Source: a virus. From it: a stretch of DNA of 64,000 nt. The DNA is taken from positions 1 through 64,000 of the IMG/VR virus record IMGVR_UViG_3300023184_000045; one strand, 5' to 3'. The position numbers and the translations under genes are program-made. Below the pieces are notes generated by a model. The model did not search any database. It was not told where the DNA came from and worked only from the letters and a program-made list of their open reading frames with translations. Numbering within the stretch: position 1 is the stretch's first letter; the number at the start of each line of letters is the position of its first letter. Shown here one piece after another: positions 57,801 to 64,000 of the stretch.

Positions 57801-60532
57801 TGTGTTTCAATTCCCACCCAACGAAGTCTAAAATAGTTAAAATCATTCAAGCTGCCCGACGCATAGTACAAGCCGGGCGCAAGTATTGTTCTATTAAAAG
57901 GTACTTGAGTACTTTCAACACAATTTCCATTATTAATAATTGTTTGCCTATAACTACTAGTATCTACAAAATTATTTGTTAACAATAAACTTGTTTGTGA
58001 TACTAATGGTATAGCTGCACTTGGATATCCATCAACATTTGATTGCTGGGTGATAGCCAATCTTTCTGTCGCAGGAGTAAAATTTGCGGTATAAACTGCC
58101 ACACCATTAACAATGCGAATATTAAATAGATATCCATTTAAATATCCACTCCCTGAAACATTTGCCCCTATAACAATTCTAGTAGATACGTAATTATTAT
58201 TATCTGTGTACGTTGATCCTTCGCGGTCACCATTTAAAAACATGTTTGTGTCATTGCTATTTTTGGTAACAGCCACGTGGTACCAAATACCAGTTGAAAG
58301 TATGGTAGTCCCTGTTATTCTATCAATTCCGTTTACATAATATCGAAGACGGCTAGAAGTTATATATATTGTCGGTACAACTTCTGTAGGGTACGTAGCT
58401 CGATGATCTACAATTGTCTGAGTTCCAGAAACGCTATTAAATTTAACCCAAAATTCTATAGTAAAGTTATTATTTCCGTATGTAAATTGTGGGGCTGGTG
58501 CAGACACTTGAGTATATAAGTACTGGGCGGTTCCATTGAATTCCATGCTAACATCTTTACCTCCAATTGGCAACGGTCCAATATTTGCAGGATCAGAGTT
58601 GTCTATTACTGTGCCCATATACATATTAGTTAATTCTTCTATGTAAAAACAGTCAACATTTAAGTTGCCAAATTCAACCGGGCCATTGGCTCTGACAAAA
58701 TTATCAAACGTAATATACCCATCAGTTGACACATTTATGTCAGAGTATATATTTCCGTACATAACCCAATCAAATCCCAGTGGCAGGTGAGTTACTACTC
58801 CAGTATCCACTGTACCAAAATTTACAGTTGATGCTACTGTAATGTTTGTTAAGGTGCTAAATTGATTTAGCCTATTAGGTGCTACAGTATTTTTTAAAAA
58901 ATAGTCAGCGGACTTTGTTGACGATACTACAGTAAAATCGCAATCAAATGCTGTGTCACCTAAAATAACAGATCTTCTGAAGATACCGTTGGTGTACCCC
59001 CTAAAACTAATTCCAAAATAATCGTTACTGTTTAGACCAAATACATTATTTGTACCCGACAGGCCATTAACCCAATAAGTTAAATCACGGCTGGTAACAG
59101 GGGTTATATTTTCTTCGCCTAGCATTTTTATCTGCACAGGGGTAGTACCAATATTTGTTCTAGGACCCGGTTTACTGGATAATTGCACAGGTATTACTTT
59201 TCTAATTCCAGTTAGATCTAACGTCACAAACTCTTGTAAATAATGAACTGCCAAGTAGCTGCTGTTTACTACAGAAATTACAGTAACTTTATTATTAAAT
59301 TCTAATACCTCAATTCGTTTAGTACTACCAGCTGTTATATTATTATTTGGACTAGTAATTCGATATACTTGATTATTGTCGTGTCCAGTAACCCATAAAT
59401 TTTTTCCAAACTCTCTGACATACGCGGGTGCCATGTCTGGCGTTGCAAAATATGATATGGCTAGTGTACCTGCCTCAATTAATATCAACCGTTGATTGTT
59501 AGGGTCGGGTATTGCCACTAAACTATCATTATTAACATTTCCTGCTATGCCTAAAGCCTCAACAGTCATTAATAAAGTAAAATCACCCAATTCAGATATA
59601 TGATATACTTCGCCTAATTTAGTTACTCCAATAGCATCTGCACCAAGGCATGCAATACTAATAAATTTTGCAAACTGTTTTGAAAATTTTCCCACTACGT
59701 TAAACTGATTATCAGTGACAAACACTGTATCAAGCCCTGCTATCCATATACGTGTATTACTTGAATTCACCGACATTGTTTTTATTGGTGGATTTATTTT
59801 TGATTGATAATAACTGCGACGAGCATCAAGATAACTTTGCCCGCTGGGAGTGTCAGAATCAAACCATAATGCTTCTAATGAATTAACAGGAAGAACTGTT
59901 GGAGTATATGTGCCGCTATAGTAATATCGATGGTTAAATATTATGCGATACATTTTTCTGTTTCCGCAGAGTATCAACGCCTCAACTGTTTCTTTTCCGG
60001 TAAGTGGGTCAGTAACACGTAGTTTACTATATTCAATTGGACCAGCAGGAAGGCCAACTCTAGTGAATAATACTTGTTTGTCAGAATAAAAATAAACTGC
60101 ATCATTTATATGATCAAGTACAATATGAGTACGCTCCATATCAATTTGATTATAATTAAAACCAAATTCGCGCTGTTTATCTTCGCCATAAAATGTAATT
60201 AAAAATTTTCCTGGTACATAGTTATACCAAGATTTTCCTGCGTCGCCAGGTTTAACTGTAGGAGTATAACTATTTTTATTAACTACAGCAAAAGAATGAG
60301 TTTTAAAATCAAGTTGATACTCGTAAAATGTGTAGTCTAAGTATCCCGGAGGAGAGGTAACAGTAGCTTCGACATAATCAGTGATATTTAATTTAATTGG
60401 TCTAGTATTTGTTACCGTACCATTTATTGATACTGTGACATTTGACCATATATTAAACGTTTGATATTTGTCTGAATAAAAATTTACTGTAATAGGGCTA
60501 TTGGGGGCGCATGCCGAAACGCTGCTGAACAT
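51845..60532 (-). CDS. ~2895-aa giant virion protein: propeller-like N-terminus, split nidogen-like domain, 3 LamG domains, basic 16-aa repeat, acidic ~14-aa repeat
   Basis: The ORF track starts at TTG 60544, but GGAGG (60538-60542) is better spaced to the ATG at 60530-60532. LamG cores FTIEFWVK, WTIEFWCY, YTIECWIY. Confidence 0.88.
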   Translation of the reverse strand: MFSSVSACAPNSPITVNFYSDKYQTFNIWSNVTVSINGTVTNTRPIKLNITDYVEATVTSPPGYLDYTFYEYQLDFKTHSFAVVNKNSYTPTVKPGDAGKSWYNYVPGKFLITFYGEDKQREFGFNYNQIDMERTHIVLDHINDAVYFYSDKQVLFTRVGLPAGPIEYSKLRVTDPLTGKETVEALILCGNRKMYRIIFNHRYYYSGTYTPTVLPVNSLEALWFDSDTPSGQSYLDARRSYYQSKINPPIKTMSVNSSNTRIWIAGLDTVFVTDNQFNVVGKFSKQFAKFISIACLGADAIGVTKLGEVYHISELGDFTLLMTVEALGIAGNVNNDSLVAIPDPNNQRLILIEAGTLAISYFATPDMAPAYVREFGKNLWVTGHDNNQVYRITSPNNNITAGSTKRIEVLEFNNKVTVISVVNSSYLAVHYLQEFVTLDLTGIRKVIPVQLSSKPGPRTNIGTTPVQIKMLGEENITPVTSRDLTYWVNGLSGTNNVFGLNSNDYFGISFRGYTNGIFRRSVILGDTAFDCDFTVVSSTKSADYFLKNTVAPNRLNQFSTLTNITVASTVNFGTVDTGVVTHLPLGFDWVMYGNIYSDINVSTDGYITFDNFVRANGPVEFGNLNVDCFYIEELTNMYMGTVIDNSDPANIGPLPIGGKDVSMEFNGTAQYLYTQVSAPAPQFTYGNNNFTIEFWVKFNSVSGTQTIVDHRATYPTEVVPTIYITSSRLRYYVNGIDRITGTTILSTGIWYHVAVTKNSNDTNMFLNGDREGSTYTDNNNYVSTRIVIGANVSGSGYLNGYLFNIRIVNGVAVYTANFTPATERLAITQQSNVDGYPSAAIPLVSQTSLLLTNNFVDTSSYRQTIINNGNCVESTQVPFNRTILAPGLYYASGSLNDFNYFRLRWVGIETQPYPAGNLVSLLSSITSSTRLIVSNTSSTNVGDYVSGTGITVSTRVSAYELGILYHVVARKIDAGNNKIILATPDFDITTLQTASTVSNVLATVNHTLTATTSSRYYRTGIPTADRLLYVNPAATTLYVDGAIDNSITADYVIGLPNLPTKTLSGFINKGRTGPTISSSTYSCIPTSFGPFANTGSMLFNGANRFDASLGGTVAAGVFCWTIEFWCYVTNDTTIQCILSVDPGMVTLQKWALFRAPGTGQILIDCPIGVTSQLFTTSIIPINTWVHIAIVGGRNNINDSLTTETSKMYVDGIGTSEFTLINRSTYATQATYTFGLDIVRNALYFNGYISNFRLVNNVKVYTADFTPSTIPLTAVQEPNINGTPSARIIQEGALTGTEMLATTVDNIGIIIDRSDNAAEIINYGGVGLTTAGPIGIIGRYTFNGTNQYLSFPAWIVNNLGTSTESNYTIECWIYRTSDPGAGNSISTAIPIVSAMGPSGNMIWSITSTGYLFSNRSVSTYTFLSATIPNKNNWAHIAFVNVDDTMNVYLDGVNVGSVTLAGTWNNSMTAASIGYNNSAPAKYFQGYISNLRLVAGVAVYTADFAVPTQSFKKAQLSDLNGIPSAAVAATATMLLLSHPATTTDITNVTSINSTTNTITITGVPAETNTVYVSQTDYDKVYENQYVPLYDVYILQKKIVSTDYALVFDTNLTVSVNDQFNTTTTAINFASAITAQYISTNDTVRFSIDELTLNSVANLITGPLNIQQQVVIIDTPQTLSSGTSLLFKTKIPLIERTYEVGFYSGLSYQYAEFFYNNDNHTQSRIIGISSDDSVRASISTHASTQTSVLFTSDIADGKWSLLGAGGFTENSSGYVPYGQLEIFKSTPLFSNESKVELFVAQDFPIGANVLIASSFGQLTVNGADYTGTRYLQKNDVISLTIPYNLSLSVVAPMLSIAELQIVLPMVSDAAINPIFETLFLYDDQDLGIYMSATAIVPIDDLYYIPEYYRKVSNAGNDLQFYLTNLDVFRQRLVPGQYYYFNAGDQIDVDNIITSFAIYDSRDIIITSSSQALRISVRTRKNPVFDYLNFGTLIDPYARQQTYTTVDYAVTVTNEVIVTSQITLAASTTVIGNLYIDTLYANILIDGVDKGSYVTNVTNGNKISISRLIANYSEPPVTIYQVKFDSAISSNVYIPIGIWNMQNKVISAPQSMLPQTNLVNTLLTPEIPELKNINNLSTLMPVVDQDQLLALKKLTTNLIDNNTSIKNIPRMPAISNWTTGFAPKKNIVLSTVNLFGIKLNTKLVLSATSVFKNPLVSNLFSVASLAKSITYTAALLSANHAYLKYKAYKAVLSSNYAYLKSKAYTAAPSVTYAYLKSNSYTAALGSTYAYLKSNSYTAALGSTYAYLKSKAYTAALSATYAYLKSNSYTAALGSNYSLFKSNAYTAVPSANYSLFKSNAYTAALGATYAYLKSNAYTAALGATYAYLKSNAYTAAPGSTYSLLKSIPYASIPYALYSYIESDTYKSALTKNYSYLKSDKYMSILDKNYSYVKPFKFVAAIGMKYSYLKIAPLKNVLNFPYSYASPAAFPVEYTFVTERNIKMFETSITVPMTLNTHQTGDVISESNYTINVSDKIESNPDLHQSESLTQMDIVLIPQITEMFNAPLSTGAATFSELFASSTVEIDVEHLITKALPPVLDIETIIDTLAPNIELEFETVLAGNMPSMNLDNEHLVFQDLPPVLEFETVLAGNMPSMNLDNEHLVFQDLPPVLEFEHGVTNRPLAELEIESITTFKSFPLEMEIEHLVLPELPPELDAEHLVLPELPPELDAENLLTINKFPLIVEDEHLVDNTNFQLVVEDEHLVSDQIVPELDAERLINYRVTFELDQEVFWGTDQIDIGGVFNTYISIFANQSQGIGLINSSATLPMMEYTKEYTYIGDKAYLTYEDAMDKASKYYSADAIKIATTDYWNYRIYFNEHHFCVPKKGRIFPVTWYIQGG
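52352..52439 (-). repeat. Exact 42-bp (14-aa) tandem duplication
   Basis: EHLVLPELPPELDA twice; copies start at 52352 and 52394. Confidence 0.95.
52523..52707 (-). repeat. Exact 87-bp (29-aa) tandem duplication in the acidic repeat region
   Basis: LEFETVLAGNMPSMNLDNEHLVFQDLPPV twice; copies start at 52523 and 52610. Confidence 0.95.
53105..53830 (-). repeat. Coding tandem repeat, 48-bp/16-aa unit (YAYLKSNAYTAALGAT); ~10 conserved plus ~5 degenerate copies
   Basis: Plus-strand unit ttttaagtaggcataggttgcacccagtgctgccgtatatgcattgga and variants. Confidence 0.95.
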
Positions 60533-60547
60533 CATGCCCTCCAATAT

Positions 60548-60556
60548 ATTGTATCA
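60548..60556 (-). promoter_or_regulatory. Possible sigma70-type extended -10 (TGATACAAT)
   Basis: TGn plus TACAAT about 6 nt upstream of GGAGG; no well-spaced -35. Confidence 0.25.
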
Positions 60557-60587
60557 TTTCCACTATGTAATGTTTTGTAAATTTAGA

Positions 60588-62024
60588 TTAAGGTGCAGGA
60601 TTACCAACTGTATGACTATCTTCAGACTCGGTATTATACGTGTCCACTGATCCATCTTCGTCCCAACCTGCGGCAGTTAAAACCATTAACCTCATACCAG
60701 TGCCGTAACGTTCTGTGCCGTATAATGCGGTATATTTGCGTTTGCCTAACGTAGGGCCACCAACAATAATATCACCATTGTTATCATACCCGCCGTCGTT
60801 TTCGTTATAAACATCAACAGTAATAGTTGTGCCTGCGCCAACAACAGCAGCAGACACTGTTCCTAGCATGTCTAGCTCGTCTGCATATCTGAATCTAGGT
60901 GAACTTAAATTATTCAAGAAAGTAACAACAAATTCACCACTCTCAGTCAATGACTGCTGTGGATACGGATTTAATATTGCTGGATTATCTTCTGACTGTA
61001 TAGTAGCCGGTCTTTTCCTACTAGGAACCGGAACATCGACTTCTCTTCCAATAAATTTTACAAACTGCTGCGGAGACGATGACCCGCTAACTACAAACAA
61101 CGGGCATCGACTTGTTTCTTGCGTAATATTGTTATTTGCTGGATTTCCGTTTACAATTCCGCGGAAAACTGCACCGCCGCGCACATGCCCTGTAATTCTA
61201 TCTACTGCTCGTTGAATTAAAACCCAACGCAAGGGGCTATTTCCATACGGCTTACTTGGGTTAGGGTTATTAACTGGATCCCAGGTACCTTCGGGAGTTT
61301 CTTCTTGACTACCTTCCCAAACTGCTAAAAACATCCCTCTATTAGTCATTGTTAGTGTATAACTCATTGGATAAGCTGCTTCAGACCCAGTAATGCTTGC
61401 AGTACGATCTAACCAAATTTTGTTAAATGCAGTGGGCATCGCGCCCGGTGTTGCAGCAGTCCAATCGAGAGGCGAGACATTGCCAACTGGCTCTGTTATT
61501 GTTCCACCTGTTAATGCTCTGGTACTATACTGTGCAATGATACCAGTGTTTGACAATTGCATTTCTGTTGCAATATGTATTGCTAGTTGTGAGTCAGACA
61601 ATTGATTAAAACAAATTCTCCAATTTGACGAATTTCCAGCAGCTGAGTAATAACTGCCAACTTGGTCTTTATAAGCCAATGGATCTACTGCTACATTTGA
61701 CGATAATATCACTATACGAGAACTTCCAGTGCCAGCGCCACTTGCAGGTGGCGTTTGAGTTCCTGTTCCAAACGAATCGTATACTAGGTCAAAATACATC
61801 GATCCAGGGTCAGTATAAGTATTAACAGTCGCTAGCCCCCGAGCGGGTCTTGTAGTCCATGACGACCCGGTATTATAAGGAGAAGCTACTCTATTATCGC
61901 CCCCTAATGTTTTTGGACCCCATGGTTGAATTATGCCAACATTGCCGGTCATTTCACTTACTATGTCATTAAGTATGGTTTCTACACTTGTAAACCCGTA
62001 CTTTGTAATATTAAAACATGCCAT
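60588..62024 (-). CDS. 478-aa putative virion structural protein; paralog of the upstream gene
   Basis: AGGAG SD. Shares YP..YT.T.TNRG.F..VWEG, W.L.QR.V.R.TG, RCP.F.V and PRFRY..ELDM.G. Confidence 0.85.
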   Translation of the reverse strand: MACFNITKYGFTSVETILNDIVSEMTGNVGIIQPWGPKTLGGDNRVASPYNTGSSWTTRPARGLATVNTYTDPGSMYFDLVYDSFGTGTQTPPASGAGTGSSRIVILSSNVAVDPLAYKDQVGSYYSAAGNSSNWRICFNQLSDSQLAIHIATEMQLSNTGIIAQYSTRALTGGTITEPVGNVSPLDWTAATPGAMPTAFNKIWLDRTASITGSEAAYPMSYTLTMTNRGMFLAVWEGSQEETPEGTWDPVNNPNPSKPYGNSPLRWVLIQRAVDRITGHVRGGAVFRGIVNGNPANNNITQETSRCPLFVVSGSSSPQQFVKFIGREVDVPVPSRKRPATIQSEDNPAILNPYPQQSLTESGEFVVTFLNNLSSPRFRYADELDMLGTVSAAVVGAGTTITVDVYNENDGGYDNNGDIIVGGPTLGKRKYTALYGTERYGTGMRLMVLTAAGWDEDGSVDTYNTESEDSHTVGNPAP

Positions 62025-62043
62025 TATTATTAAACTCCTGATG

Positions 62044-63999
62044 TTAGTGTGGTATATCTTTGAGTGCGCAGATTCTTAGGCCTGTGTTGTATGGTAAGTT
62101 AGAAGGCATTGCTCTGTAAACACGCGGCGTGCTTTCGTTATATACCCCAGATCCATTTGGTTTTTGTAATACTACATCATTACCACCTGCGCAAACATCT
62201 GCCGAAGTTTGCCCAACCATATCCAATTCTTCAGAATACCTAAATCTAGGTGTTGTTAAATTATGTAAGAATGATATTAGATATGTATTTGTCTCAGTTA
62301 GTGCAATTTGATTTGTTGTATTTAATATTGCATAACTATTAATAGTATGTGAATCTGCTGGTATTCTATACGCTGACAACATATTACTTTGCATCCATGC
62401 AGTACCAGCAGTAGCATCGCTTGCAGCACCTAGGGCGGCAAGTTGTTGATAACCTGGCAGGGATGCTGAACCCGACCCAATATATGCTATCATCGACCTA
62501 GGGTCAATTGTATCTCTGTAAGCGTCAGGGTCGCCTTGTTGCGGGTGTAAGATATCTTCTTCACGTACAACAAATTTCCAATATTTATATCCAACACTAT
62601 TAACGCAAAATACCGGGCATCTTCCTTTAGTTAAAGTTTTTCCAGTGTATCGGTTAACCGGCCGTTGTACTAAAAACCAATTAAAGAAATTATCTTTATC
62701 GGTAACACTTCTAACTGAAGTTTTTTGTATTACGCTCCAATTGCCTTCCCATACACCAAAAAATAGTCCTCTATTTGTTACAGTCATTGTGTAATTTAAC
62801 GGATATATTTCAGGGGATCCAGCAACACGAGCTTCTCTATTTAAAAATCCTTCGGCTGTTTTGTCTTTGTCAGGTGCAATCATACTACCACTATAACCCG
62901 GCGTCTGATGTGGAACATTGTTTGATCCATTTGAACCACCAAAGAATACATACTTTGTTGGTTGGGAGCCCATCATCCCAGCGCGGTCAATAGGATATTG
63001 GCCTGCAGAATTAAATATATTACTAATACCACCGTCATCTTGCAATTGCAACGGTGTACCAGCATAACAGTTTAAAGTCTGCGCTCCTACACCTACTTTG
63101 TTGTACACGCTTGTGTTGCTTACAACTTCAAATGCCAGGCGCCATGGTTGTCTATACGATTCGGGAAAACTAAATTCCAATAGGTCGTGCATCGTTAATG
63201 ATGCTTGACTATCTAATCGCACGTTGGCTTTGAGATTGTTTAAATTACTTAGATTGTCGTTTACGCTAACAACAGTGCCAATTAGCACCGGGTCACCGGC
63301 GCCTAGTAGCGTTACATTTTGCCCTTCGTAGATGATTCCTCGTTTGGTAGTGGCACTATTAGATAACTGATCTACTTCAATGTACACATTACTAGAAGTA
63401 CTTGCAGTTATGTTACCAGTAACTACGCGGCTGCTATTCAATGGATCGGTTCCACCATTAGCCTCTATAATTATTAAAAACCCAGCTGCTGTTATATCGT
63501 CGGTATCTTTTGCTTTTGCTCCGGCACCTCTAACTACAATTTTGTCATCTTGGTTAATAGTAATCTCATTACTGACTCCAAACCAAGTATAAGTTGACGA
63601 ATGTTGTTTCCAATTCTTTGCGCCGGGGCCGCTCCATTCTACAATTCCGTCAACCACCAGAATAGGATTAATACTAGTAATAGTAGTGCCAGGAGGAATA
63701 ATACTTGATGGATTAGATTCCGTTGGTTCAAGTAAAATTTCTTGACCAATAAAAAATCCTGTACCGGGTACACCACTAGTAGCATCGGTATACAGCACAT
63801 TTGCCCAAAAACCATCTCTAGGCCATAAATCAATTGATCCGTTGGCTCCGTGGGCATTTTGCCAGGTCAGGCCTGCGCCTTCAGGCTGCGCCACCGGGTC
63901 CAGGCCTGTTACTCCAATTGACAAGTATGCTGCTTCGGTATAGGGGTTTATAGTGGGGTTTATAGTAGTAGACAGTTTCCCGCCATGCTGAGAATAACT
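62044..63999 (-). CDS. >652-aa putative virion structural protein, 5'-truncated by the window end; paralog of 60588..62024
   Basis: The frame stays open upstream of the track's TTG (63924) to the window end (...SYSQHGGKLSTTINPTINPYTEAAYLSIG), so the true start is outside the window. Confidence 0.85.
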   Translation of the reverse strand, partial: SYSQHGGKLSTTINPTINPYTEAAYLSIGVTGLDPVAQPEGAGLTWQNAHGANGSIDLWPRDGFWANVLYTDATSGVPGTGFFIGQEILLEPTESNPSSIIPPGTTITSINPILVVDGIVEWSGPGAKNWKQHSSTYTWFGVSNEITINQDDKIVVRGAGAKAKDTDDITAAGFLIIIEANGGTDPLNSSRVVTGNITASTSSNVYIEVDQLSNSATTKRGIIYEGQNVTLLGAGDPVLIGTVVSVNDNLSNLNNLKANVRLDSQASLTMHDLLEFSFPESYRQPWRLAFEVVSNTSVYNKVGVGAQTLNCYAGTPLQLQDDGGISNIFNSAGQYPIDRAGMMGSQPTKYVFFGGSNGSNNVPHQTPGYSGSMIAPDKDKTAEGFLNREARVAGSPEIYPLNYTMTVTNRGLFFGVWEGNWSVIQKTSVRSVTDKDNFFNWFLVQRPVNRYTGKTLTKGRCPVFCVNSVGYKYWKFVVREEDILHPQQGDPDAYRDTIDPRSMIAYIGSGSASLPGYQQLAALGAASDATAGTAWMQSNMLSAYRIPADSHTINSYAILNTTNQIALTETNTYLISFLHNLTTPRFRYSEELDMVGQTSADVCAGGNDVVLQKPNGSGVYNESTPRVYRAMPSNLPYNTGLRICALKDIPH

Positions 64000-64000
64000 T

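Noticed and set aside
514-63857. Many short plus-strand and off-frame ORFs, often Pro- or Arg-rich
   Set aside because: All lie within long minus-strand genes and mirror GGN-rich codons; I saw no independent SD or promoter support.
1-64000. tRNA, rRNA, intein, homing endonuclease, IS element, S74 chaperone, recoded stop codons
   Set aside because: No such motifs recognised; intergenic gaps are about 105 bp or less, and long ORFs are open in the standard code.

Overview
This window is a 64-kb block of co-oriented (all minus-strand), tightly packed genes that look like accessory virion/fibre proteins of a very large T4-like (jumbo) bacteriophage. Support: TAAATA/TATAAATA late-promoter boxes in nine intergenic gaps, Shine-Dalgarno motifs, GTG/TTG starts, and modules typical of aquatic myovirus virion proteins. 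I see about 21 genes; both terminal genes are cut by the window edges and one is split by a 1-nt frameshift. By eye they hold about 24 LamG/ConA-like lectin domains, about 11 glycine-rich (polyglycine-II type) domains, two styles of collagen repeat, SPRY, LCCL, ILEI/PANDER and Ig-like modules, and an SGNH esterase with intact catalytic motifs. I found no core capsid/tail genes, tRNA, rRNA, CRISPR array, transposase or reverse transcriptase. The most unusual feature is that the giant proteins appear built by repeated insertion of domains inside other domains; in the 3047-aa protein the displaced C-terminal segments reappear as a stacked set. All domain names come from my recognition of sequence motifs, not from database searches.
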